From the NCBI GenBank assembly GCA_951406725.2, contig OX597828.1, positions 10,850,001 through 10,914,000 on the forward strand: a stretch of DNA of 64,000 nucleotides. The letters are read 5' to 3'. The translations under genes and the position numbers were made by a program. This DNA is from Octopus vulgaris. Taxonomy: Eukaryota. This document shows positions 28,154-40,987 of this stretch, one piece after another. Position 1 is the stretch's first letter, and every line of letters begins with the position of its first letter. A model generated the notes under the pieces. That model searched no databases. It was not told where the DNA came from and was given only the letters and a program-made list of their open reading frames with translations.

Positions 28154-28259
28154 ATGTATTTATGTATAGATATATATAAGTGAGTGTGTGTAAATATATA
28201 TTCACACACACACAGACAAACATTTATGCATATATAAATAGATAGATATGTATGTATAT

Positions 28260-28303
<44 letters not shown>

Positions 28304-28865
28304 CTGTCTCCCCTCAATCTTTCTGCACCTTATTCTTTTTGTATTCATTATTCGTATTTTGTTTACACAAATAAATATTTTCCCACTCCGTCTGTCTTTC
28401 AGCAGTTACATATATTTCTCTCTTTGTTTGCTAACATCACCTTCTCTCATCCTTACACACTCTTCCTCTACCCCATTCTATCTCTCACTCTCTCTGTCAG
28501 TATCCTTGCATATCTCTCCCGTCTGTCACACTCTCTATCTTTCACTATTTCTATATATATATACACACACACACACATATATATACATATGCATAGTTAT
28601 ATGTGTGCGTGTGCATATATATATATATATATACTATTCATGTATATATATAGTTGTATGTGTATTAATGAATGCATATATATTATACTACATCTATCAA
28701 TCTCCATCTCTGTCTACGTATATATCTATATATATATATATACATTTATATACACATATATACATACATATATACATATATACATACATATTTACATATA
28801 TATAAATATAAATAAATATATAATGATATATATATATATATTTATATATACATATATATATAAAT

Positions 28866-28910
<45 letters not shown>

Positions 28911-28917
28911 TATATAT

Positions 28918-28982
28918 ATGTCTGAATGTATATGCATTTGCGTATTTGGATATATATCTATATCTATATCTATATATGTATG

Positions 28983-29044
<62 letters not shown>

Positions 29045-29093
29045 CATATATAGATATATATCCAAATACACAAATGCATATACATTCAGACAT
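28918..29093. repeat. Inverted repeat (46-bp arms, one mismatch) centred on (TA)n
   Basis: ATGTCTGAATGTATATGCATTTGCGTATTTGGATATATATCTATAT and its reverse complement at 29048-29093. Confidence 0.8.
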
Positions 29094-29717
29094 CCATATA
29101 CATTCCTACATACATACATCCATAAATACACATTTCTAACTTTTTCACAGCATGAATGTTTGTCTCTAAAATCAATCTTACACGTTACTTGTGCATATAA
29201 TATCATAATATTATTTATATTTTGTTCTAACATATATCAAATCTATTTTTCTCTCCTTGAATAATTTCCAAGATTCGTTTGGAAAATATCGTGAATTTCT
29301 CAAAGCATCCAAATTCATATGAGTTTCCGGGAATGATATGCCGGATAATTCACAAAATGTAATACAAATTATAAAAAAATATGTGGAAAAAGAAAGAATG
29401 TTAAAAAAATAAGAGGGAATGTGCAGGAAAAAAAGAAGAAGCCATATTGTAGATTATAATAAATGATGTAAGTTATATATTCTAAAAGAATTTCTATCAA
29501 AGTAACTTGCGTTTAATTTTATGAAATATATAGCAATAATGAAAGAAAAAAATTCCTATCTGTCTGTCTCTCTACATACATATGAATCTATTAGTTTTAG
29601 ACTCTGATCTTTCTCGATGTAAAGATATATGCGTGAGCGCACGTGTATAGATACATAGATACATAGATACATAGATTAATAGATAGATAATTAGATAGAT
29701 AAATAGATAGATAGATC

Positions 29718-29765
<48 letters not shown>

Positions 29766-29885
29766 CACAGATAGATAGATAGATAGATAGATAGACATAC
29801 AGTTAGATAGGCAGGTAGATAGATACACACATGCATACATATTCACACAGAGAGATAGATAGATAATTAGATAGATAGATAGATT

Positions 29886-29961
<76 letters not shown>

Positions 29962-30562
29962 TGAATATGCATATGGATCTACAAGTATATAAAATACACT
30001 CAAATATATAAGATTAATATTTCAGAAATGCAGATATTCGTCTATAGGAATATTTATATATATATATAAATGCTTCTTGTACGTTAAACGCATACATATG
30101 CGCCTGCACGCGCATGCGTGCGCCTCAACGGACACTTGAACGCGTATACATACGTACACATACACGCCGGCACACAATCACACAGATAGCACATACGTAA
30201 ACACACAACCCACACAGCTCTTGTATTTAACGAGAACTTTCTAGACTCAGTTTAATGAAAGCAATGCTTCATATTAAACAAAGATCTTTGTCTCATGCCT
30301 TGCTGTAAATATTAGTTAAATCATCTTTAATCCACACTCATCTTTAATCACATCTTTAAAACAACAGAACAAGACAGATACTCCTTGACTGAATAAAAGG
30401 TGAGATGATACGGTTGGAATGCCTTCGATACTAGATCTCATTATTCATAACTCATTTGAGATCCCAGAATAACTCGTATTTCTAGCATGAGCAGCTGAAC
30501 AAGAGAGAAAAATTTTAGACTTAACCCAGCTTAATTCTTTTTGAGGAAAGTTCAAAATAAAA

Positions 30563-30884
30563 TATTCTGGCACAAGGCCAGACATTTTGGCTGAAGGAGG
30601 TAGTCGACTTTATCGACCTCAGTATGTACCTGGTACTTATTTTCATCGACCCCGCAAGCATGAAAGGCAAAGTCAACCCAACCACTAATTTGAACACAGA
30701 ACGTAGCACCAAACGAAATACCTATCTCTTTATTGCCCACAAAGACGGGACGAACAAGGACAGACCAACGGATTAAGTCGATTATAACGACTCCAGTTCG
30801 TAACTGGTAGTTATTTAATCGACCCTGAAAGGATGGAAGGCAAAGTTGACCTCGGCGTGCTAACGGTTCTGCCAGCTCGCCGCC
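30563..30884 (-). mobile_element. SINE family S1 dimer (head-body-tailA-body-tailB)
   Basis: Tail A ending AAAGAGATAG joins directly to GTATTTCGT, the same junction as in 4325-4910. Confidence 0.75.
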
Positions 30885-31011
30885 ATAGAAAAGTTCAATA
30901 TAAATGATATTCGCCATGTTATATTATCTAACCATTTGAATCATAAAACTGTTCCTTCATTAGAAGGGATCCTGCACACGCTGAACTGAGTCTTCGACAC
31001 AACTATCTTTT

Positions 31012-31702
31012 ATCTCTTTTATGTGTTTCAGTCATTTGACTGCGACCATGCTGGGGTACCGCTTTGAGGAATTTCCTACAAACAAATCGAACAAAGAATT
31101 TTTAAAAAATTTCTTACGTAGTTTACTTAATATATCAACCTCGTTTGCCGAACAGTTAAGTTACAGGACGTAAACACCAATTGTCAAACGTTGGTGGGGA
31201 CAAATGCAGACATACACACACACACACGCGCACACACACGTACGCACATACACACACATACACACACACACATATATATATACACATATATATGTATACT
31301 GCGGACTTAGTTTATGTCTACCTAATCCACTCACTGTGGAGGTGCCTGGCTTAGTGTTTAGGGTGTCAGCATCATGATTGTTAGATTGTGGTTTCGATTC
31401 CTGGACCGGGTGACGCGTTGTGTTCTTGAGCAAATCACTTCATTTCACGTTGCTCCAGTCCACTTAGCTGGCGAAATTGAGTGACGCTGCGATGGACTGG
31501 CGTCCCGTCCAGCTGGAGAACACATACGCCATAGAAACCGGGAAACCGGGCCCATGACCCTGACTAGGCTTTAAAAGGGCGCATTTATTTAATTTAATCC
31601 ATTCACTAGGCTTTGGTCTGCCCTAAGCTGTAGTAGAAGACACCTGTGACAGGTGCCTCGCAGTGAAATTGAACGCGCACTATGTAGCCATGCTTCCGCC
31701 TA
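31012..31702 (-). mobile_element. SINE family S2 interrupted by a nested SINE
   Basis: S2 tail at 31012-31070; head resumes after 31607. Confidence 0.7.
31336..31594 (+). mobile_element. Nested tRNA-headed SINE with CORE/Meta-like centre and 13-bp TSD
   Basis: TGGCTTAGTG A-box, GGTTTCGATTCC B-box, GTTCTTGAGCAAATCACTT; TSD TAATCCACTCACT (31323) / TAATCCATTCACT (31595). Confidence 0.8.
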
Positions 31703-32726
31703 TAAATTCTGGATTAACGACACTTCAATTAGAGAAAATTTTGAACTATTAACTTAAAATAGCAAATACTGCGACCGATTTAAAGGAATGATTAGCAGCT
31801 GAGAAGATTAGAAGTGATGATTTTCTTTGACAAATCTTAAATACAAAAATTAAACTAAAAAGAAAATTTAGTTTATCACGATGACTAATATTTTATTTCT
31901 GATGCTAGACCAGGTGTCGCTGTGTAGTAAAACATGGTTCTTTATTTAATCCCACCGTATGGGACTTTAAGGAAGTGTCTTCTAGTATAGCCTCGAGGCT
32001 ACAGTTGAGGCCTAATGTGCCACGCAGTAGCACTGAACCCGGAACAAAGTGGTTGTGAAGCAAGCTTCTTACCACACAGCCATGCTTGCGCCTATTAGTT
32101 TATATTGCTTAAAAGTTTCACAAAACTTTATCAATTTATAAAAATAAAGACATTATTAATTTGCAACATTGGTAATTGAATGGTTGTAATTGATTGAACA
32201 TAATTTGGCATGTTAGAGGTATTTACTCTATCAACCTCTGAATGATAAATGACAACATTAGAATTGACGGCGATTGTCGATGGTTAAATTTTGCCTCTGA
32301 CAACTTGGTTTCAAAATTTACTGTCAGTAAATTATGATTTCTGATTTGGTTACATGGCCACTCAGTTTGTTGACACGATACCGTAGATTCTTCACCATTC
32401 TTCACTCACCACAATAATGAACAAAAAAGTTACAATATTACTATGCTTTTTCAAACATTTTTGAAGCTCTGAGTTAATTTATAGGGATATTTTTAATACA
32501 ATAAACTTTAACACATGTATATGACTGTAAAATATGTACTAGGTTGTCAAGTCAACATAGCACACAATGATATCAAAAACTGATGACATATTTTTTGTAA
32601 GGGTGTGACACAAACTTCCGTCACCTTATCTAATCAACTCAACTTATTCATGCATATACAGCCTACAAAACCTACTTTCATTTCCTGCCATTTCCAGATA
32701 GATGCTATTCTACTCTTCCTTTGTTT

Positions 32727-32874
32727 ACATTATTTACAACTGACGGGTATTTGTCTTCATTTTGTTTGTTGTTAAAACAACTTTTCGGCTGATATACCCT
32801 CCAGCCTCCATCAGGTGTTTTGGGGAAATTTCGAACTTGGGTTCTCATTCCTAAGGTATTTTTCGATATTGATA

Positions 32875-32910
<36 letters not shown>

Positions 32911-32981
32911 TCTCTGCCTGGAATCGAACTCGGGATCTTGGAGTTAGTAGCCCGCGCTCTTAACCAAGACGCCATGTGCCC
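32727..32981 (-). mobile_element. tRNA-headed SINE with (AAT)n spacer and hammerhead-like tail
   Basis: GGGCACATGGCGTCTTGGTTAAGAGCGCGGGCTACTAACTCCAAGATCCCGAGTTCGATTCC, then ACAC-CTGATGG-AGGCTG...CAGCC-GAAA-AG-TT-GTTT. Confidence 0.7.
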
Positions 32982-33199
32982 ATTCTTATATCGGCACCCT
33001 AGAAAACTGGATTTAAACAAAAAAGCAATCTACAATACCACTATTTTCGTTATTATGAACGAAATAAAAATAAAATTAAGAAGAAAAAGACAGGAATCAA
33101 ATATGAATCATTCTGCACGCTGATAGGTACAGGAAACATAATTTATTTGTTATGCCTCAATAACATCTGATCTAAATATATTAGATTTAAAACAATGTA

Positions 33200-33635
33200 A
33201 GTGCTATATCGGGTCTTAGTACTCACAGGGCCAGTTACCCGATATCCTTGGTATTCAAGTGATCGAGATCATATCACCACCCCTGAACACGATGCCGTCT
33301 ATCCCCAGGGCCTTACTCATTTACAGCTGAGTGAACTGAAGTAACGGGAAATGAAATGTTTTGCTCATGAACACCAAGCCTAGTTCTGGAATCGAAACCC
33401 CGATTTCTTGCCTTCACAACATATTGGTTTCAAAAGGTGGCACAATGCTAGCAGGGCTTTTTTTTGCGGCGAGTAGGGGGGAATTGATTAAATCGAACTT
33501 AGTGTTCAATTATTATTAATTTCATCGATCCCCGAAAGTTAACTTCGCTGGAATTTAAACTTGATGCGTAAAGACGGACGAAAAGCCGCACTGGATTCTG
33601 CCCCGCGTGCTAACGATTCAGCCAACTCGACGCCC
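33200..33635 (-). mobile_element. Two old SINEs (CORE/Meta-like type 33200-33410; S1 33425-33635)
   Basis: GGTTTCGATTCC...CACTCAGCTGTAAATGAG; GAATCGTTAGCACGC S1 head. Confidence 0.6.
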
Positions 33636-34183
33636 TGCACTTGCACAATATATTATACAGAGATTAATAAAAAAAAAAGCAATGTAAAAAGCCCCTCTCA
33701 CACTCACACCTATCTGAAATACATACAGTAACAAACGTAGTTCATGACTTGGTTAAATTTCATTACTTTGACCATGGATCATGAAAACAAAATCTGTGAT
33801 TTTATTAACATTTGGATCAAGTGCCGTGCCCGATTTAAGAATAGTAGGGTTACTGTCCTACAAAAGTTGTTTTTCTCTTCGAAGCATTGTAAAGCTGTAA
33901 TCGTCATTTACGTATGCTTTGTCCTGCTCAACATTAGCAAAGATTTCTCTGCAACAAAATGCAATTATGAAACAATAAGGGTGTTTCGTAGACCTGTACA
34001 AAAAAAGAGAATATCTAGAAAAATGAAAGTCATTCACAAAAATGTAATCTTTGAAAAAAGCATGTGAGAAAACCTTGTTCACGGTTTAGTCAAACTTGGT
34101 CTTAGTTTTAATGTACCAGTCTTAATCTGGCGCTAAACGGAGATAACAACAGACAGTTACATTACAAACTTTCATTACTAATA

Positions 34184-35406
34184 CGAGGGGCGTTCAATAA
34201 GTAATGCCCCTGACCCACTTGCAGTTGTTTGATCTAGCTGAAATTTTGCATGTGCACTAATTGTGGTTTCTGATTTACAGGTGTTTGAACTGAGTCAAGT
34301 GTGAAATGGAGCCTGTTGAGTGTCGCGCAGTGATCCGGTTTTTGTATTTGAAAGGACGCACACCACGGGAGACTTTTGATGAAATAAAAGTAACTTATGG
34401 TGATGATGCCCCATCATATGACCTTGTAAAACGCTGGCATTGTGAATTCAAACATAGTCGGAACTCTGTGGAAACAGCTCCCAGATCTGGTCGCCCCCTT
34501 CTGCCGTTGATGAGACGTCTGTCCGTCAAGTTGAGGCTGCCATTTTGGATGGTCAACGCATAACTATTCGCTAAATAGACCATAAGGTCAAGATTAGTAC
34601 CGGGTCTGTGGAAACTATCATTCATGACCATTTGCATATGCAAAAGGTGTCTGCCAGATGGATTTCCAGGTTGCTCACACCTTTCCAGAAGCAAGAACGC
34701 GTTGAGTGCTCGAGGATGAATTTGGAGAGTGCCAAGAAGATGAGTCAAAATTTTTCAAAAGACTGATCACACAGGATAAAACCTGGGTCCATCACTATGA
34801 TCCATAGACCAAAGCCCAGTCAATGCAGTGAAAGCACCGTGACTCACCTCCTCCAAAGAATGCAAGGGTGCAGCCCTCCGCTGACAAGGTTATGCTCACA
34901 GTCTTCTGGGACCAGGACGGAGTAGTGATGACAGAATTCCTGGCAAAGGGTACCACAATTACAGGAGTCTATTATGCTTCACTTTTGAGGAAATTAAGAG
35001 AAGCTATCAAAATCAAGAGGCGGGGCAAGATCAGCAAATGCATCCTCCTCCTGCAGGACAACGCTCCGGTCCACAACTCGCGTGTCGCCAGATCAGAAGC
35101 ACAGGCGTGCAGCTATGAACTCCTCCCCTTGCACCCTCTGATTTTCACCTCTTCCCAGCCATGAAGTTGATTTTGAAAGGAAAGCGCTTCCCAGATGATG
35201 CAGCCTTGATTTCTGAAGTCACGTCATGGTTGGAGGACCAAGCTGGGGTCTTCTACAAAAACGGTCTCCAGAGCTGTATCAAACGATGGAGAAATGCATA
35301 ACTCTGGGTAGTTCCTATGTAGGAAAAGACTAATAACTGTGCCAAGTGTCGTTGCTCTACTGCTATGGGAAGTGGGTCAGGGGCATTACTTATTGAACGC
35401 CCCTCG
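34184..35406 (+). mobile_element. Full-length mariner transposon, decayed
   Basis: Perfect 37-bp TIRs CGAGGGGCGTTCAATAAGTAATGCCCCTGACCCACTT, TA duplication on both sides, 1223 bp. Confidence 0.95.
34306..35333 (+). pseudogene. Mariner transposase pseudogene
   Basis: RSGRP, ITQDKTWVHHY, KVMLTVFWD, LQDNAPVH, LAPSDFHLF motifs; frameshifts, stops and loss of the HPPYSPD segment. Confidence 0.92.
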
Positions 35407-35819
35407 TACATTACTAATATATTACTAATCCTCATCAGTTATCGGTCAGAGGGTCAAACGCAATTTCACGCCTTCGACGAAAATGTTGAATCCCTCTGAT
35501 AGCGCGGACGGCTTCTTGCCGCCGGTTAAATGGTAATCAAGGAACAAGGGACAAAACAGTACAGCAAATGGACAAACAAAGAACAAGGAACAAAACCGTA
35601 CAGCAAATGGACAAACAAGAATTAAGCAACTATGCAATACAGAAAGTGAACTTACAAATACGAGATATATGTAATTCAAGACGAGACAGAGACAATATAT
35701 ACATATTTTGATATATATAGAGAGAGAGGGAGAGAGAGGGGGAGAGCGACGGACACACAGAGACAGAGAGACATATCACAACAGAGGTAATGCATTGCCC
35801 TGATGAAATGTTACTGCCC

Positions 35820-35848
35820 GCTACTACCACTACTACTACTACTACTAC

Positions 35849-35879
<31 letters not shown>

Positions 35880-36067
35880 AATGATGCTACTACTAATGTT
35901 ACTACTGCTGCTGCTGTTGCTGGTAATATTGTTGTTGCTACTACTACTAAATATATATTAGCGACAGAAGTAGTATTCATACCGCGAGCTAATATTTATC
36001 CCCACATAAATGTGGATGTCCTGTTAGAACAAACTTTACTAATACTACTGCTGCTACTTCTACTAAC

Positions 36068-36107
<40 letters not shown>

Positions 36108-36143
36108 TGTTGTTGTTGTTGTTGTAGTAGTAGTAGTAGTAGT

Positions 36144-36203
<60 letters not shown>

Positions 36204-36240
36204 TACAGTAGCAGCAGCCGCGGCAGTTGTAGTTGTAGCA
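35820..36240. repeat. Compound trinucleotide repeats (ACT, GAT, AGT, TGT, AGC)
   Basis: Read directly from the sequence. Confidence 0.9.
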
Positions 36241-36414
36241 GGCACAGTCGTGTAGGTCTGTAGCTTACAACAAGCATCCCAACATTATTACTAAGGGAAC
36301 ATGACTTCAACCACAAGTATCACTGCAGAGACAGCAACAACATATATTCAGAAAAAAAAAAAGACAAACTATAAAGCTTATGGCAAAATTAACCATAATG
36401 CCAAATCTTATAAT

Positions 36415-36770
36415 GGTTATACAGCTGACACTAACATTAGGTATAAAACCAACACCAATAAACATTATGAAACGGACACAAATGGTAAATATAAAGTCGA
36501 CATCATCAATAACTATAGAGTCTACACCAATAATGGTTATAGATCCGACACTATTTGAAACTATAAAATCGACACCAGTAAGGATTATAGAGGTGACCCC
36601 AGTATTAAGTATGGAGTCGGCGCCAACTATGGAATTGACACTAATAATAACTGTAAAAGCGACACTAATAATAAGTATAAAGCCATTATCCAATATCAAC
36701 TATTAAACCGGTGCTAACTATAACCATAAATTTGACACGTATATAACTATACAACCGTCACCAATAATAA
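36415..36770. repeat. Degenerate 24-bp minisatellite (approx. TATAAAACCGACACCAATAATAAC)
   Basis: TATA..GACAC.AAT recurs every 24 bp for about 14 units. Confidence 0.7.
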
Positions 36771-37446
36771 TCCTTTCTACTGTAGGCACAAGACCTATCA
36801 GTCATGGAGGGATGAAAGGAAAGAAGGATCTCGATGATATTTGAAATCAGGTTACAGCTGGAACGATACCGCATGGCAATCTATCAGCCTAGACAAAGCA
36901 ACTAAGCTAGAAAAAGAAACTCGTACGTGATTCCAATGCTAGAAATATCAACACAATTACACCCAGGTTATATTTTACTGTAATTTAAAAAAGATGACCA
37001 AATTAATTAATATGCAGGTACAAAACCGAATTTCAGGACACTGGATGTCTGGAACCGCTTATAAACCGCAACACTTTACAAGCAGGAATTTCAGATACAG
37101 CCATCAAATTGCTTTACTGATACCTTCTGCAGGCTAGTACCTTGCATAATACAGTATTATTATGAGGAGACCCCACTTCGGTCATGAATGACCATGGGAT
37201 TGTACCTAGAAAGAGAGGGAGAGAGAGAGAGAGAGATCACAAACAGGCACACATATATTGAGGACATCGCGAGAATTTATAAACTTTTGAGAAAACCTAG
37301 AATAATACTTTTGAGAATTGATCCTCGTGTAAATATTGGAAATGTGCGATAATTTGCAAGGGTCAGTCATCAGTCCTTGCTAACCAGCAGGTATTTAGAA
37401 CCCATTATTAACATACTATTATTCATTCCTTTATTTGTACTTCAAT

Positions 37447-37955
37447 GGAGGCGCAATGGCCCGGTGGTTAGGGCAGCGGACTCGCGGTCGAAGGATCGAG
37501 GTTTCGATTCCCAGACCGGGCATTTTGACTGTTTATTGAGCGAAAACACTTAAAGCTCCACGAAGGTTCCGGCAGTGGGGGGAGGGAACCCTGCAGTACA
37601 CTTTCACCACAACTTTCTCTCACTCTTTCTTCCTGTTTCTGTTGTACTTGTATTTCAAAGGGCCAGCCTTGTCACACTCTGTGTCACGCAGAATCTTCCC
37701 GAGAACTAGGTTAAGGGTGCATGTGTCTGTGGAGTGCTCAGCCACTTGCACGTTAATATATGAACTGCGACGTCACTGGTGCCAAGCAGTATCGGCCCCT
37801 TTGCCTTTCCCTTGGATAACATCGGTGGCGTGGACATGGGAGGCTGGTATGCGTGGGCGATTTCTGGTCTTCTATAAACAACCTTGCCCAGACTTGTGCC
37901 TCGGAGGGTAAATTTGTAGATGCAATTCCATGGTCATTCATGACCGAAGGAGGTC
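37447..37955 (+). mobile_element. SINE family S3 with the tail of family S4
   Basis: GGAGGCGCAATGGCCCGGTGG A-box, GGTTTCGATTCCC B-box; 37762-37955 matches 38948-39128. Confidence 0.85.
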
Positions 37956-38010
37956 ACAATATGTACTGCAAAAAAACTTCCTAGGCAAAATTACACAAAC
38001 ACACTCATAC

Positions 38011-38369
38011 ACGAGGGTTCCAGTTGATCCGAATCAACGGAACAGCCTGCTCGTGAAATTAACGTGTAAGTAGCTGAGCACTCCACAGACACGTGTACCC
38101 TTAACGTAGTTCTCGGGGATATTTAACGTGACACAGAAAGTGACAAGACCGGCCCTTTGAAATACAGGTACAACAGAAACAGGAAGTAAGAGTGAGAGAA
38201 AGTTGTGGTGAAAGAGCACAGCAGGGATCACCACCATCTCCTGCCGGAGCCTCGTGGAGCTTTAGGTGTTTTCGCTCAATAAACACTCACAACGCCCGGT
38301 CTGGGAATCGAAACCGCGATCCTATGACCGCGAGTCCGCTGCCCTAACCACTGGGCCATTGCGCCTCCA
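38011..38369 (-). mobile_element. SINE family S3 with an alternative tail
   Basis: Inverted homologue of 37447-37757; tail TCACGAGCAGGCTGTTCCGTTGATTCGGATCAACTGGAACCCTCGT. Confidence 0.85.
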
Positions 38370-38648
38370 CGTCATACACATACATACACACAAGCTTACA
38401 CAAATATACTTCTAGGTCATCGGCTGTGGCTCAATCACGTTTTCGCGTATTTCTTTGTTTGCGTTTCCTTAGGCATGCAGGGGCCTTTCATAGCTTGGTA
38501 GTCCCATTATTGTTACTGGGAAATATTGTGGAAAGAGATCACATTTGTTACTCGATGGAGGCTGGGGTTGAAGTAAACAGGTTCCTCGTCGTGACTGGTT
38601 ATTTTCATTTCTTCATTTCTTCGACTAGAATATTCAAAATACTATATA

Positions 38649-38690
<42 letters not shown>

Positions 38691-38806
38691 TGTGTGTGTG
38701 TGTCTGTGTCTGTGTTAGTGTGTGTGTCTGTGTTAGTGTGTGTGTCTGTGAGAGTGAGTGCGCACACACACAAATGCACACACACACACACACACACACA
38801 CATACA

Positions 38807-39128
38807 GTGAACGCGCATGGCTCAGTGGTTAGAGCGTCGAACTTACGATCGGGAGGTTGTGAGTTCGATTCCCGGACCGGGCTGCGTGTTGTGTTCTTGA
38901 GCAAGACACTTTATTTCACGTTACTCCAGTTCACTCTGCTGTAGAAATGAGTTGCGATGTATCGGTCCCTTTGCCTTTTCCCTGGATAACACTGGTGGCG
39001 TGGAGAGGGGAGGCCGGTATGCATGGGGTGACTGCTGGTCTTCCATAAACAAACTTGCCCGGACTTGTGCCTGGGAGGGTAACTTTCTAGTTGCAATCCC
39101 ACGGTCAGTCATGACCGAAGGTGGTCTC
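38807..39128 (+). mobile_element. SINE family S4 (tRNA head, CORE/Meta-like centre)
   Basis: TGGCTCAGTGG A-box, GAGTTCGATTCCC B-box, GTTCTTGAGCAAGACACTT, tail CATGACCGAAGG. Confidence 0.85.
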
Positions 39129-39478
39129 CATATGCACTCACACACACATACACAAACACATACATATTCACATGTGCACCAGCATGGCTACTGTCCAGTG
39201 ACTGAGACTAGTAATGTGATATGTGTGTGTATATAAACTCGTATATAGATATATATATGAATCTATGTATATGCATATATATATATATAAATATAAATAT
39301 ATTATATGTATGCGTACGTATATACATCATATGTGCATTGTTTATATACAATTACCTAATATACACATGTATATATATATGAATGTATGTATATACACAT
39401 ACATCTATATAATATATATATAAATATATATATATATACATATATAAATATATATTATACACTCATATATCTATGCTA

Positions 39479-39533
<55 letters not shown>

Positions 39534-39920
39534 GCTGTACTTTCAGAGGATCATAATGACAGTAAGCGCATTGCGGTTTTATTTTCCTAAGGAACTAAGG
39601 TTCGATAGATTTTTCACCACTCTACTGTGACATTTTCAATAATTTCAAATTCTGCCATTAATGCGACGCAAACTGTATAAACTGTACTGAACAATGAAAC
39701 TGTTTCAGGAGGAAAGTGCGTCTAGTATGTGTACCTACAGGCATCATGGAATAAAGTAAGCTTCAAAACTAGTTTAGAGATAAAAGGTTTGGGGAAGGAA
39801 TTTGAAAACGGATTATTTGTATATACATAAACACAGTACACACAAAAACACACACATATGTCGTCTATATAAAATTTATTTAAAAATATATAAGTACGTT
39901 TTGTATTACACACACAAAAT

Positions 39921-40370
39921 GCGGCGAGATGGCAGTCACGTTAGCACACCGGACGAAATGCGTAGCCGTATTTCGTCTGCCGTTACGTTCTGGGTTCAAC
40001 TACCGCCGAGGTCGACTTTGCCTTTCATCCTTTCGGGGTCGATAAATTAAGTACCAGTTCCGCACTGGGGTCGATATAATCGATTTAATCCGTTTATCTG
40101 TCCTTGTTTGTCCTCTCTGTGTTTAGCCCATTGTGGGTAGTAAAGAAATATATTACACACACACACTCGCACACGCACACAAAGGCATACACACACACGC
40201 ATACACACACACACACACATACATATATGTTCCTTTATTCTCTTACTTGTTTCACTTATCTCACTGCGGCAATGTTTGAGCACAGCCTTGAAAGGTTTGA
40301 GTCAAAGGAATCGACCCCAAAACTTATTTTATCGGTCTTTTTGCCGAACCGCTTGCGTTACGGGGACGAA
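39921..40370. mobile_element. S1 monomer (+, 39921-40150) and S2 3' part (-, 40233-40370)
   Basis: Homology to the other S1 and S2 copies. Confidence 0.8.
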
Positions 40371-40987
40371 ACATATCTAAGTTTTAACAGAAACCCGTCG
40401 GAGAAAGTGGCAGCTGCAATGAGCGTCGTTGGCCAGTCTCCGCGGCAACGCCATCGCAGCCATTACCACAGGGCGAGGCTTATCAAATCCTTTTCCCTGT
40501 ATTATCTAGCCCATCACATCGCTCCCCCTGCATCTTTTACTATTTAACCACACCTTCCCCATTTTTTGTTGTCTTTTTTTTCCTTTCTTATCTTTCCTTT
40601 TTCCTGTTTCTTCGTATTCAAATCGATTAAAGAAAATTTCATCAAATTGTTTTCTCATCAGAAAAAAATACTAAGAGATGAACAGGTCAACAGACCTTGC
40701 TGATCTGGTTGAGCTTGCTGTCAGTGAGCATGCGACATTCGACCGCAAGAGAATGGAGGACGAGCCGGTCATTAATGGCAACAGTCGATTTGTCAACTTC
40801 TATCTGTTGGAAACTAATTGAAACAATCTAAAATGGTTCGTTGTTAAAGAAAAATTATAAATAAATATAAATGTATGTGTGTGAGTGTCTGCGTTTGTGT
40901 GTGTATGTATGTATATATATATATATATATATATATGATTGATATATATATATATATATATATATATTTCCTACACGCGTACATAAA

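Noticed and set aside
35409-35445. Minus-strand CTGATGA next to the mariner, suggesting an interrupted hammerhead
   Set aside because: After removing the mariner, stems I and II do not pair.
37447-37520. tRNA-like sequences (also at 38807, 31336, 32981)
   Set aside because: They are SINE heads without a convincing acceptor stem and continue into repeat bodies, so they are not called as tRNA genes.
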